The notes beneath the pieces are model-generated. The model worked only from the letters and a program-made list of their open reading frames with translations. It was not told where the DNA came from and did not search any database. 64,000 nucleotides of DNA, from the NCBI GenBank assembly GCA_022791685.1, contig JAAVZO010000034.1, positions 415-64,414 of the forward strand, in the 5' to 3' direction. This document shows, piece after piece, positions 28,997-40,674 of this stretch (position 1 is the first letter of the stretch; each line of letters starts with the position of its first letter). The position numbers were made by a program, and so were the translations under genes. This stretch comes from Clostridiales bacterium (lineage in GTDB: Bacteria > Bacillota > Clostridia > Oscillospirales > CAG-272).

Positions 28997-29509
28997 TTAT
29001 TTACGCAGATTATAGTAATTCTGCACACGCGAGCCGTTGCAGTTTGCGTGACAGACTGCAATTGCGAGTGCGTCGCAGGTATCGTCAAGCTTCGGCGTAT
29101 TTTCGAGCCGCAGTATCAGCGACACCATGTGCATTACCTGCTTTTTGACCGCGCGGCCGTAGCCAACTACCGACTGCTTGACTTGCAGCGGCGTGTACTC
29201 CGCAATGCTCAGTCCATTCTGACGCGCGCACAAAAGTATGACTCCGCGCGCTTCGGCAACTGGGACCATCGTTTTTTGGTTGGTGTTGAAGAACAACTCC
29301 TCGATCGCCATTTCGCTCGGGTGATACATTTTTATTATCGTGTCGAGCTCGTCATATATCTGCATGAGCCTGTCCTCGACGTTTGTGTGCGCGGGTGTCT
29401 GTATCGAGCCGTGAGCGAGCGTCACAAAACGCGAATTTTTGTACTCGATAACTCCGTAACCAACTATCGCTATCCCCGGGTCTATACCTAAAATGATAAT
29501 ACGTACCAC
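28997..29509 (-). CDS. ruvC: Crossover junction endodeoxyribonuclease RuvC
   Basis: ILGIDPG...GYG catalytic N-terminus. The likely start is GTG/TTG at 29509-29512, because the listed ORF start at 29572 adds 20 non-homologous residues. Confidence 0.85.
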   Translation of the reverse strand: MVRIIILGIDPGIAIVGYGVIEYKNSRFVTLAHGSIQTPAHTNVEDRLMQIYDELDTIIKMYHPSEMAIEELFFNTNQKTMVPVAEARGVILLCARQNGLSIAEYTPLQVKQSVVGYGRAVKKQVMHMVSLILRLENTPKLDDTCDALAIAVCHANCNGSRVQNYYNLRK

Positions 29510-29612
29510 CAACTTTTCTTCATAATATAATATTATACCACATATTGCACGCCTTGTCAATAAAATAAGCAATTTTCAATCATTGACACATTTTTAAAAG
29601 TTTTTGCGGATT

Positions 29613-29644
29613 CTAAAGGAGCTTTTTTCAAAAAGCTCCTTTAG
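29613..29644 (-). terminator. Terminator after polA
   Basis: CTAAAGGAGCTTTTT / AAAAAGCTCCTTTAG long stem immediately downstream of the polA stop. Confidence 0.7.
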
Positions 29645-29681
29645 CAGGGTTTGGGACAGAGTCCCATGATAATCAATTATT

Positions 29682-32222
29682 TCATTGCTTGCACTGGTAC
29701 CATGTCTCGCCTATGGACGATGATACGGTCAGTGGCAGCAGCAGCTCTACCGCTGATTCCATTTCTTTTACGAGGAGCGACATTGCCTCCTCTGCGTCAC
29801 CGCGGCTCGACTCGACGATCAGCTCGTCATGCACCTGCAATATCAGCTTAGCGTCAAGCCCGCTCGCACGCAGTGTGCGGTCGACGTTTATCATAGCAAG
29901 CTTGATTATATCAGCTGCGCTTCCCTGTATCGGGCTGTTCATAGCCACCCGCTCGCCGAACGCACGCAGCATTTTCTTGCCGGACGAAAGCTCCGGGATA
30001 TAGCGTCTGCGTCCGAACATCGTAGTAACATAGCCGTCACGTCCCGCAGCCTCAACTATATCATGCAGATACTGAGCTACCTTCGGGTACTTCGCAAGGT
30101 AAGAGTCGATGTACTCCCCCGCCTGCTTCTTCGATACGCCGATGTCCTGCGCCAGCGAAAAGTCGCTGATACCATACACGATACCAAAATTTACCGCCTT
30201 TGCACGTTTGCGCATTTCATGCGTCACAGCGTCGAGCGGCACACCGAACACCTGAGACGCAGTCACTGAGTGAATGTCGATCCCGCTTCGGAAGGCTTCG
30301 AGCATAGCCTCGTCGCCCGAAATGTGCGCCAAAATTCGCAGCTCGATCTGCGAATAGTCAGCGTCGATGAGCACACGGTCGGGGCTGTCCGGTATGAAGA
30401 AGCGGCGCATTTCACGTCCCAGCTCGGTGCGTACAGGTATATTCTGCAAGTTCGGCTCGGTCGACGAAAGCCGTCCGGTCGCTGTTATCGTCTGATTGAA
30501 GCTCGAATGGATGCGTCCGGTCGAATCGGCTGCCTTTGCCAGTCCCTCTCCGTAGGTCGTGCGCAGTTTCGTCAGCTGGCGGTAGTCGAGTATGTCACTG
30601 ACTATTGGTGCATAAGGTGCGAGACGCTCGAGCACATCCGCGCTCGTCGAATAGCCGCGGGCGTTGCGTTTGCCGGTCGGCAGTCCGAGCCGTCCGAACA
30701 GCACCTCGCCAAGCTGTTTAGGTGAGTTTATGTTGAATTCCATTCCGGCGGCAAAGAATATGCGCTCGCGCAGCTCGTTCGCACGCTGAGTGAGCTGCTC
30801 TGAGAACGAACTCAACCCGCGCAGATCGACTTTGAATCCTGCACGCTCGACACGCGATAACACTCTCGCGAGCGGCTGCTCTATCTCTTCAAGCAGGCGC
30901 TCCTGACCGCGCTCGACGATTATCCGCTTGGTCGCTTCAGCAAGCCGCCACAGCTCGGACGCGTCAAGTCTGTCGCCTGCTTCGCCTAAATATTTCAGCT
31001 TAAGCCGTTCTGCAAGATACGAACCTTCCGACGGGTCTACCACATAAGCGGCGAGCATTACGTCATAATCGAATATGAAATCTTCATCAAACAGCGGGCA
31101 CTCCGCATAATATTTCTTCGAGTCGTACACGATGGTCTTGTAGCCCTTCTCGGTCAGAGCGACCGCAAACTGCGTGAATTTAGCAGAATCCGCGTTCGAT
31201 ATATAAATATTCACGCCATCGCAGCAGACTTGTACACGCGATCCGTCGAATATCAGCGCACAGCTTCCCGACATTTTATCAAGGCAGCTGTCTATATTGC
31301 TAAGTGAAGTTACGTTGCGCGGCGCACGCTCTGAATTTGAAGACACAGGCTCGAGTTCGTCAAGTCCGAAACGCTTGATAAGTCCCGAAAATTCAAGCTC
31401 GCGGAACAACTCAAGCAGCTCATGATGCTTATAGCCGTCGCTGATAAGCTCATTCAGCGTGACATCGATCGGCGCATGGCAGTCTATACGTGCGAGCTTC
31501 TGCGACATATACGCTGACTCCTGTCCCATATTAAGCCTGTTGCGAATACCCTTCGATATATTCGGCGAGCCGATATTCGCGTACACACTGTCAAGTGACG
31601 AAAACTCCGCTATCAGCTTCAGCGCCGTCTTTTCGCCGATACCCGCAACTCCCGGTATGCTGTCTGAGGCATCGCCCATCAGCGCCTTTACGTCGACGAA
31701 CTGCTCCGGCTTTACGCCGTACATCTCGATAAACTTATCGCGGTCCACGTGGATCGTGTCGGCGTTGGTCGCAAGCAAGATCATCGTGCTGTCAGATATG
31801 AGCTGCAACGAATCGCGGTCGCCGGTGAGGATATCCACGCGCCACTCATCCTCGTCTGCTGCGCCAAGTTCAGCCAGCGTTCCGAGAATGTCGTCAGCCT
31901 CCCAGCCCTCGAGTGTGAGCACGCGCGCGCCCATGCACTCAGCACAGCGTTTAGCGTAAGGCAGCTGCACAGCCAGCTCTTCTGGCATACCCTTACGGTT
32001 CGCCTTGTAGCCTTCATACTGCTTGTGGCGGAAGGTCGGCGCTTTCACGTCGAATGCGACCGCAAAAGCGTCCGGCTTGACCTCCTCTATCTGCCTTGCG
32101 AGAATGTTCGCGAATCCATATACCGCGTGAGTATATAGTCCCGCAGAGGTGGTAAGCGGGCGTATTCCATAAAATGCGCGGTTCAGAATGCTGTTTCCGT
32201 CGACCGCAAGTAAGGTTTTCAT
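29682..32222 (-). CDS. polA: DNA polymerase I
   Basis: 5' nuclease domain (LLAVDGNSILNRAFYG). Pol motifs A DYSQIELR, B RKRAKAVNFGIVYG and C QVHDE. The ExoI region reads FDGSR rather than DxE, so the proofreading domain is probably inactive, as in Bst-type enzymes. The start at 32222 or 32234 is uncertain. Confidence 0.93.
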   Translation of the reverse strand: MKTLLAVDGNSILNRAFYGIRPLTTSAGLYTHAVYGFANILARQIEEVKPDAFAVAFDVKAPTFRHKQYEGYKANRKGMPEELAVQLPYAKRCAECMGARVLTLEGWEADDILGTLAELGAADEDEWRVDILTGDRDSLQLISDSTMILLATNADTIHVDRDKFIEMYGVKPEQFVDVKALMGDASDSIPGVAGIGEKTALKLIAEFSSLDSVYANIGSPNISKGIRNRLNMGQESAYMSQKLARIDCHAPIDVTLNELISDGYKHHELLELFRELEFSGLIKRFGLDELEPVSSNSERAPRNVTSLSNIDSCLDKMSGSCALIFDGSRVQVCCDGVNIYISNADSAKFTQFAVALTEKGYKTIVYDSKKYYAECPLFDEDFIFDYDVMLAAYVVDPSEGSYLAERLKLKYLGEAGDRLDASELWRLAEATKRIIVERGQERLLEEIEQPLARVLSRVERAGFKVDLRGLSSFSEQLTQRANELRERIFFAAGMEFNINSPKQLGEVLFGRLGLPTGKRNARGYSTSADVLERLAPYAPIVSDILDYRQLTKLRTTYGEGLAKAADSTGRIHSSFNQTITATGRLSSTEPNLQNIPVRTELGREMRRFFIPDSPDRVLIDADYSQIELRILAHISGDEAMLEAFRSGIDIHSVTASQVFGVPLDAVTHEMRKRAKAVNFGIVYGISDFSLAQDIGVSKKQAGEYIDSYLAKYPKVAQYLHDIVEAAGRDGYVTTMFGRRRYIPELSSGKKMLRAFGERVAMNSPIQGSAADIIKLAMINVDRTLRASGLDAKLILQVHDELIVESSRGDAEEAMSLLVKEMESAVELLLPLTVSSSIGETWYQCKQ

Positions 32223-32442
32223 AGTAGATACCATACTTCGCACAAGCGAAGTCTTCCTTATATAATATATTTACGTCAAGCTAAAGAAGCTGTCGATTTT
32301 CTATTACCTATATTATACCACAAAACACCTGTTCAGTCATTATATATTTTGTTACTTTTTTTATTTTAGGGCAAAAACGAAATAGATTAACAATTACTTC
32401 AAAATTATGTCACAAGCTACATACCACTATTTTAAAAACTTG

Positions 32443-32451
32443 TGTTATAAT
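32443..32451 (+). promoter_or_regulatory. Extended -10 promoter element
   Basis: TGtTATAAT with no good -35. It would give a leader of about 200 nt before the ATG at 32666. Confidence 0.4.
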
Positions 32452-32665
32452 ATAGAGAAGTGAATTTATATAAACATAGTAACTATATAAACAAATTCTC
32501 CGCAAGACAACTAACTCAGGAGGAAAGTCTGAAAATAAATTTTCAGACTCACCTTTTGTGGCTTTATCGTGGTCAATGACCACGATTTGGCTGCGCAATA
32601 CGGGCTATGCCCGTAATACAAGCCCCAAGAAGGAAAGAAAGGAAGCTTTCGCTGCGGCGAAAGCT

Positions 32666-33958
32666 ATGGTCATAGAAATGCAGCGCCAGCTCTCCGGACC
32701 GGATAATAATAAGTACTACGAAAACGTAGCCAAGCACTTCCGGCGTGCCAAATATTTTACCATTATTTTGCTCATAGCCTTTCTGCTCACGTCGATCACC
32801 TTCAACCGCAGCGAGATAACTATCGAGAATTTACAATATCTAATGAAGTTCATAAGCTTCACAAACACCGAAACTTCGATCACTGCTACAAAGATAAACT
32901 ACTCATCGAGCGACAACACCCGCCTGTCGCTGTTCATCGGCGATCTGTGCTACCTATCGCCGAACGGGTACGCGCTCTACGACTCGCGCGGCAACACCAT
33001 CATGACCGACTCGGTCAAGTACACCTACCCGATACTCAAAACAAGCGCAAAGTTCGCACTCTGCCTTGACCTCGGCGGCAACTCGTACTCGATATTCAAC
33101 ACCTTCGCACGTCTGCACTCCGAAACGCTCGACTACCCCATCACCGGTGGTGACATCGCCGACTCGGGCGCGTTTGTTATCGCGACCTCGACCCGCGAAT
33201 ACCGCACCGCCGTGCAGCTCTACGACTCCGACTTTAACCTCATCAGCCGTATCCTGCGCGAGAGCTACCTCGCCGACGTTAAGTACAAGTCCGACGGCTC
33301 GGAGGTCGCTATCATGACCTTCACCAGCCGCGACGGCAGCTTCGTTTCAACGCTCGACCTCGTCAAGCCCGGCAGCGACAGCGTGCGTAAGTCGGCTAAA
33401 ATTAGCGGGCTCGCGTACTCGCTCTACTACACCGGAAGCGGCGTGACCGTCATCACCGATTCGGGGCTCTTGTTCTACAACGCCGACCTTGACCTCGTGC
33501 GCGCAGTAAGCTTCCCTTCCTCGCTCGTCATGGCGGACTGCTCGGATAAGTACCTCACCTGTGTATATGCGAGCGGCATCCTCGGCAACAGCTACCGCGT
33601 CGTCGTGTACGACATGACCGGACGCGCGACCTGCGAGATCGAGCTCGACGGCAAGCTTGCGGCAGTTTCACACGACGAGTCGGGCGACTATATTTTCATA
33701 CTCGCCAACAATCGTGTTACGCGTCTAAACCTCGTCAACCGCAGAATTGGCGAAATGCTCGTCGAATCGGGCGGATTTGACATACTCCCGCTTGACAGCA
33801 ATTCCTTCCTGCTCGCGATGAACAACTACGCGCTGACCTGTGAAACGAGCAGTTGGGCAGAACGGTACATCGACCGTGATGCCGTCGAAAACGGCAATAA
33901 TTCCGTTGAAAGCGGAAATGCTGTTGATAGTAATAATGCTGGATCAGCGGAACAATAG
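32666..33958 (+). CDS. DUF5711-like membrane-anchored protein
   Basis: Short cytoplasmic N-terminus, one TM (YFTIILLIAFLLTSITF) and a large repeat-like extracytoplasmic domain. This family often sits next to cvpA. The start is uncertain (GTG 32558, ATG 32576 or ATG 32666). Confidence 0.55.
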   Translation: MVIEMQRQLSGPDNNKYYENVAKHFRRAKYFTIILLIAFLLTSITFNRSEITIENLQYLMKFISFTNTETSITATKINYSSSDNTRLSLFIGDLCYLSPNGYALYDSRGNTIMTDSVKYTYPILKTSAKFALCLDLGGNSYSIFNTFARLHSETLDYPITGGDIADSGAFVIATSTREYRTAVQLYDSDFNLISRILRESYLADVKYKSDGSEVAIMTFTSRDGSFVSTLDLVKPGSDSVRKSAKISGLAYSLYYTGSGVTVITDSGLLFYNADLDLVRAVSFPSSLVMADCSDKYLTCVYASGILGNSYRVVVYDMTGRATCEIELDGKLAAVSHDESGDYIFILANNRVTRLNLVNRRIGEMLVESGGFDILPLDSNSFLLAMNNYALTCETSSWAERYIDRDAVENGNNSVESGNAVDSNNAGSAEQ

Positions 33959-33969
33959 AAAGGCAGCAT

Positions 33970-34686
33970 ATGAGTTTAATCATTGATATTATAATAATCC
34001 TCGCCGCAGTATCTGCGATATATCTCGGTATAATGCGCGGATTCGTGAAGTCGATAATGAGCTTTCTGTCGCTGATACTGGCGATAGTAGCCACCGTCAT
34101 TTTTACCGCGCCAGTATCACAGATACTGAGCGAAAAATATATAGACAGCTGGGTGAACGACATCGTTAAGAGCTCGATAGTCGAAATAGTGTCCGCCGGC
34201 GAACAGCAGCTCGAGCTTTCTAAGATAATGACAGACAAACCGGAAGCGCTCGTGCTTGTTGCGGCGCGGTTCGGCTGCGATATCGAGAAAATCGACGAGT
34301 ACTACAACGACGCGCTCGCCGGAAAAACCGACAGCGACGCAATAAATGAGCTCGCCGGATACATCGCCTCGCCGACCGCTGAAACGATAAGCAATGTGGT
34401 CGCAGCAATACTTGTATTCATCGCCGCGCTTATCGCGCTGAATCTCATAACGTTCATCCTCGACCTGATATGCCGCCTTCCGGTGCTGAATACGCTGAAC
34501 ACGCTGCTCGGTATGATATTCGGAATCGCGAGCGCGCTCTTGTCGGCATGGGTGATATCGAACATCGCAGTCGGACTTATCCGCGCGCTGTCAGCGATAA
34601 ACACCGGCGTATTCAACGACACTGTTATCTCAAGCTCAATTATCCTACGCTTCTTCTACAACAGCGGCGTGCTGCTGTTTAAGTAA
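33970..34686 (+). CDS. cvpA: CvpA-family membrane protein
   Basis: MSLIIDIIIILAAVSAIYLGIMRGFVKSIMSFLSLILAIV is the typical CvpA N-terminus. Four TM helices. Confidence 0.75.
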   Translation: MSLIIDIIIILAAVSAIYLGIMRGFVKSIMSFLSLILAIVATVIFTAPVSQILSEKYIDSWVNDIVKSSIVEIVSAGEQQLELSKIMTDKPEALVLVAARFGCDIEKIDEYYNDALAGKTDSDAINELAGYIASPTAETISNVVAAILVFIAALIALNLITFILDLICRLPVLNTLNTLLGMIFGIASALLSAWVISNIAVGLIRALSAINTGVFNDTVISSSIILRFFYNSGVLLFK

Positions 34687-34726
34687 TACCAAATAAAAGC
34701 AAACAACTAAGGAGTAAATATAAAAT

Positions 34727-37054
<2,328 letters not shown>

Positions 37055-37075
37055 TGAAGCTATTGTAAAATAATC

Positions 37076-39856
37076 ATGAACGAAACCTGGTACGATAAAT
37101 CAATCGAGCAGCTGGAGAAGCGCTTCTCTACCGACCGCGGCGTGGGGCTCAAACGTTCCGCCGCCGCGAAAACTCGCCGCGAGTACGGCGCGAATAACAT
37201 CTACCCAACGCCGACCAGCAGCTTCTTCGGCTACCGCTCGTACATTCTCCCCGATTTCGCCTCGCTGCTGCTGCTCGTAGTGGCAGCTGTAGCTGCAATT
37301 TTCGAGGTTCCGGTCGCCGCCGGAGCCATCGTCCTCATGCTGATTATCAACTACATTGCAGCGGTATTTACATTTGTCAAGGCGCAGCGTGTGCTTGAGG
37401 GCATGGCTGCCTACTCGCTTCCGACCGCGAAGGTCATGCGCGACGGCAAGCTGTCGCTCGTCGACATGCGCTCGCTCGTCCCGGGCGACGTGATATTCCT
37501 GTCCGCCGGCGACATCGTGCCCGCAGACTGCCGGATCTTCGCCGCCGAAAATTTCTTTGTAAACGAAGCGATTCTGACTGGCGTGCAGACTTCGGTGCGA
37601 AAGGACGCGAATTTTTCGTATTTTGCGCCCGGACTCGCACCCGAACGGCAGTTGAACATGGCATTCGCGGCTACGATAGTGACCGCCGGAAATGCGCGCT
37701 GCATCGTCGCCGCGACCGGAGACGGAGCGCTTGCCGCGTCGCTTGGCAAGACAAAACCGATAGTTACGCACGAAAATCTCCATGTTTTAACAAAACTGAA
37801 AAAATACTGCTCTATTTGGAGCATGACCATGCTCGCGATAATTTTCGCAGTAACTATAGCTGACTTGTTTATCGGCTACGGCGACAACGGTGTGTTCGAT
37901 GTATTTCTAACCGGAATTTCACTCGCCGCCGCATCGATGTCCGAGTTGTTCATGGCGTTCGGCTACATAATAATCGGCTGCGGAATCTTCAACGCAATGA
38001 AGCGTCGCCGCGACATAAACGTCGGTGCGCTTATCAAAAATGCCGAAAAATTGGAGCAATTGAAGCAACTTGATGTGCTTATTGTCCCAAAAGACGGCAT
38101 GATTACCCAGTCGCACGCCTTTGCTGACAAAATCTACCTGCCGCGCAAATTGTACAGTGCGACTGACATCGACCGCGTCGACAAGCTGACGCAGATCGTG
38201 CTTCGCGCTGTAATTTCGACCGGGATCTACTCATCGGGACTCGCAAGCCTCAACTCGAGCTCGCGGCGAATCACGCCTGAAGAGGAATCCATCATCAACC
38301 TCGCGTCCGAGCTGAAGCTCTACAATGCTAATATCGACCGCGCGTACCCGATAATCGAGCACAAATCCGCTGGCGGCGCGTCGAAATTCGACACTACCCT
38401 GACCCTCGACCCCGACCGTCACTACTTTGCAGTCTGCCGCGGAGGTGCGGAAGAAATATTAAATTCTTGTGAATATTTCATTGAAAATAGAAGAACATTT
38501 CATATGTCGACCGACGACCGACTCGCGTTCCTTGGCGCGGCGGAGAGTCTGACGAAGAACTCGTACAAGGTCGTCGCGGTCGCGTCCGGTACAACTGGTT
38601 ACAATAATCTACAGCGAATCGGAGCAATTCAGAGCGACCTCGTGTTCGAAGGGCTCATCGCCATCCGCGAGCCGCTGCAATCTGGCGTTGCGCAGACTAT
38701 CGAACGTTGTAGAGCCGCCGGAATCCGCGTTATTATGACGACCGAACGCTACACCGAGAGCGACAAATATCTCGCGATTTCGATCGGAATAATCAAAAAT
38801 GAGCGCGAAATTCTGACCGAAAACCGCTTGCTCGCGATGAATCGCGACATGCTTCGCACAAATCTATCATTATATAATATGTACTGTGGCATTCCGGCAG
38901 CGCGGCTCGCTGAGCTCGTCGCAATGCTGCGTGAGGACGGACACCACGTCGGGTTGCTCGCAGGCGGAATCAACGGCGCGCTGCTGCTGAGGCAAGCGGA
39001 CGTTGGATTCGCGCAGAGTGTGACAATTTCACCGAAAGCGTCGCACCACGGAATCGACATTCGCAGCCGCCAGACTCCCGCATACTCGCGAATCGCGAAC
39101 CCAAACGGAAAGACTTTCGATTCGGAGGCTCTGAAATTCATCTCGGACGTAGTTGTTTCCGACGCGGACGAGCATGGCGACGGCGGAATTGCAGCAGTCG
39201 TATCAGCGCTGGAATACTCGCGGTCGATCTATAAAAATCTGCTGCGCATCGTTCGCTATCTCGTCACTGTGCAATTTGCACGAATTTTTCTGATACTTGG
39301 CGCAAATTTCGCAGGAGTAAGCGCATTATCTCCCGAACAACTAATATTCGGTGGACTGATTTTCGATTTTGCTGCGGTGATTTCATCTGCATTTGCGAAG
39401 CCGCCGCACGACGCTCTGACTATGCGTGATGACGCTGAACAAGCGCTCGACCACGTCGTAATAACTAACTTACGTCCGATTTTGTACGCGCTGTTCGAAG
39501 CAGTTATGCTGCTTTCGATTGATCCGCTGCTGACGTACCTCAATATTCCGCTTGGCGCAGAAGAATATTCATCGCTTATCTTTATTTCATTCACACTATT
39601 CCAGCTCATGACATTGACTGAACTTGGAAGCGACCGCAGCTTGTTAGCGGCAAATATGCGTGTAAATACGATATATGCGCTGCTCGTCGTCGGACTTGTC
39701 GGATTTATCGCTGCAGGAATACTCATCCCGAGTTTTGGTGCAATTTTCGGAATTACCGCGCTGTCACCGCTTGCGATAGGCATATGCGCTATAATGACGT
39801 TGATGACGTTCGCTCTGCACGAAATATACAAGCTTATAGTTGCAAGAAAGAAATAA
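37076..39856 (+). CDS. P-type ATPase homologue with degenerate catalytic motifs (pseudo-enzyme candidate)
   Basis: 926 aa with overall P2-type cation ATPase architecture (N-terminal Cation_ATPase_N-like WYDKSIEQLEKRF, VPADCRI, 8-10 TM). TGES reads TGVQ (37577-37588), PEGLP reads MSELF, DKTGT reads PKDGM (Pro338, 38087-38089), TGD reads TER (38741-38749) and GDGVND reads AGGING (38960-38977). Confidence 0.8.
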   Translation: MNETWYDKSIEQLEKRFSTDRGVGLKRSAAAKTRREYGANNIYPTPTSSFFGYRSYILPDFASLLLLVVAAVAAIFEVPVAAGAIVLMLIINYIAAVFTFVKAQRVLEGMAAYSLPTAKVMRDGKLSLVDMRSLVPGDVIFLSAGDIVPADCRIFAAENFFVNEAILTGVQTSVRKDANFSYFAPGLAPERQLNMAFAATIVTAGNARCIVAATGDGALAASLGKTKPIVTHENLHVLTKLKKYCSIWSMTMLAIIFAVTIADLFIGYGDNGVFDVFLTGISLAAASMSELFMAFGYIIIGCGIFNAMKRRRDINVGALIKNAEKLEQLKQLDVLIVPKDGMITQSHAFADKIYLPRKLYSATDIDRVDKLTQIVLRAVISTGIYSSGLASLNSSSRRITPEEESIINLASELKLYNANIDRAYPIIEHKSAGGASKFDTTLTLDPDRHYFAVCRGGAEEILNSCEYFIENRRTFHMSTDDRLAFLGAAESLTKNSYKVVAVASGTTGYNNLQRIGAIQSDLVFEGLIAIREPLQSGVAQTIERCRAAGIRVIMTTERYTESDKYLAISIGIIKNEREILTENRLLAMNRDMLRTNLSLYNMYCGIPAARLAELVAMLREDGHHVGLLAGGINGALLLRQADVGFAQSVTISPKASHHGIDIRSRQTPAYSRIANPNGKTFDSEALKFISDVVVSDADEHGDGGIAAVVSALEYSRSIYKNLLRIVRYLVTVQFARIFLILGANFAGVSALSPEQLIFGGLIFDFAAVISSAFAKPPHDALTMRDDAEQALDHVVITNLRPILYALFEAVMLLSIDPLLTYLNIPLGAEEYSSLIFISFTLFQLMTLTELGSDRSLLAANMRVNTIYALLVVGLVGFIAAGILIPSFGAIFGITALSPLAIGICAIMTLMTFALHEIYKLIVARKK

Positions 39857-39890
39857 CTTGAGCATTATGCTATTTGGGAGATGATATAAA

Positions 39891-40139
39891 ATGGATTTTA
39901 TATTCGAATTTATTGCAACGTTGGCATTAGAACTCGGCATTGAAATAGCAGGAGATTCGAAAGTGAGTCGGTGGATCAAGTATCCATTATTTGGTATTTT
40001 GTGCTTAGCTTTCTTATTTGTGCTTGCTCTAACATTGTATCAGAAAAACATACCAGCTGCGATTGCGCTGTGTGTGATGATAGTTGTTGGAATCTTCTTA
40101 GCTTTTATCGCCAAAAATGCAAAGGCAAGGAAGCGTTAA
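39891..40139 (+). CDS. Small membrane protein (82 aa, 2-3 TM)
   Basis: Hydrophobic ORF with RBS GGGAG and a basic C-terminal tail (KNAKARKR). Confidence 0.5.
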   Translation: MDFIFEFIATLALELGIEIAGDSKVSRWIKYPLFGILCLAFLFVLALTLYQKNIPAAIALCVMIVVGIFLAFIAKNAKARKR

Positions 40140-40142
40140 TAT

Positions 40143-40628
40143 ATGCAGTATATTCATACTTTTCCTCCTGTTTGGAATGCAGAATCGCGCATTTTGATAC
40201 TTGGCAGCTTCCCGTCTGTAAAGTCGCGTGAAGAAGGATTTTTCTATGGACACCCGCAAAACCGCTTCTGGAAGCTTATCGCACAATTGACAAATTCGCC
40301 GATACCAAATACGATCGAAGAAAAGCGACAATTGTTGCTTAGCAATCACATCGCGTTGTGGGATGTCTGTGCCGCATGCGACGTTGAAGGCTCGTCCGAC
40401 GCAAGCATCCGCGATGTTATACCAAATGATATTTCATTAATATTATCGCAAGCTAATATTGCACAAATATTCACAAATGGCAAAACCGCTGACAAATTAT
40501 ATCGGCAATATATGTTGACAGTAACTGGAATTACTGCCACTTGTCTTCCATCTACCAGCCCGGCAAACGCCGCATGGACACTTCCCCGCCTCGCTGATAA
40601 ATGGAATAATATATTACAATTTATGTAA
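40143..40628 (+). CDS. UDG-superfamily DNA glycosylase, family-6-like (DNA-deoxyinosine/hypoxanthine glycosylase)
   Basis: ILILGSFPS, GHPQNRFW, ALWDV and PSTSPANA blocks. Confidence 0.65.
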   Translation: MQYIHTFPPVWNAESRILILGSFPSVKSREEGFFYGHPQNRFWKLIAQLTNSPIPNTIEEKRQLLLSNHIALWDVCAACDVEGSSDASIRDVIPNDISLILSQANIAQIFTNGKTADKLYRQYMLTVTGITATCLPSTSPANAAWTLPRLADKWNNILQFM

Positions 40629-40674
40629 TATATTTTTGTGTTTTTGTGACATTACAAATTGAAAGGAAAATATC

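Noticed and set aside
32526-32665. Series of short palindromes considered as a mini CRISPR or repeat array
   Set aside because: The four palindromes differ in sequence and length and have irregular spacing. No direct repeats and no cas genes are present, so this is not a CRISPR array.
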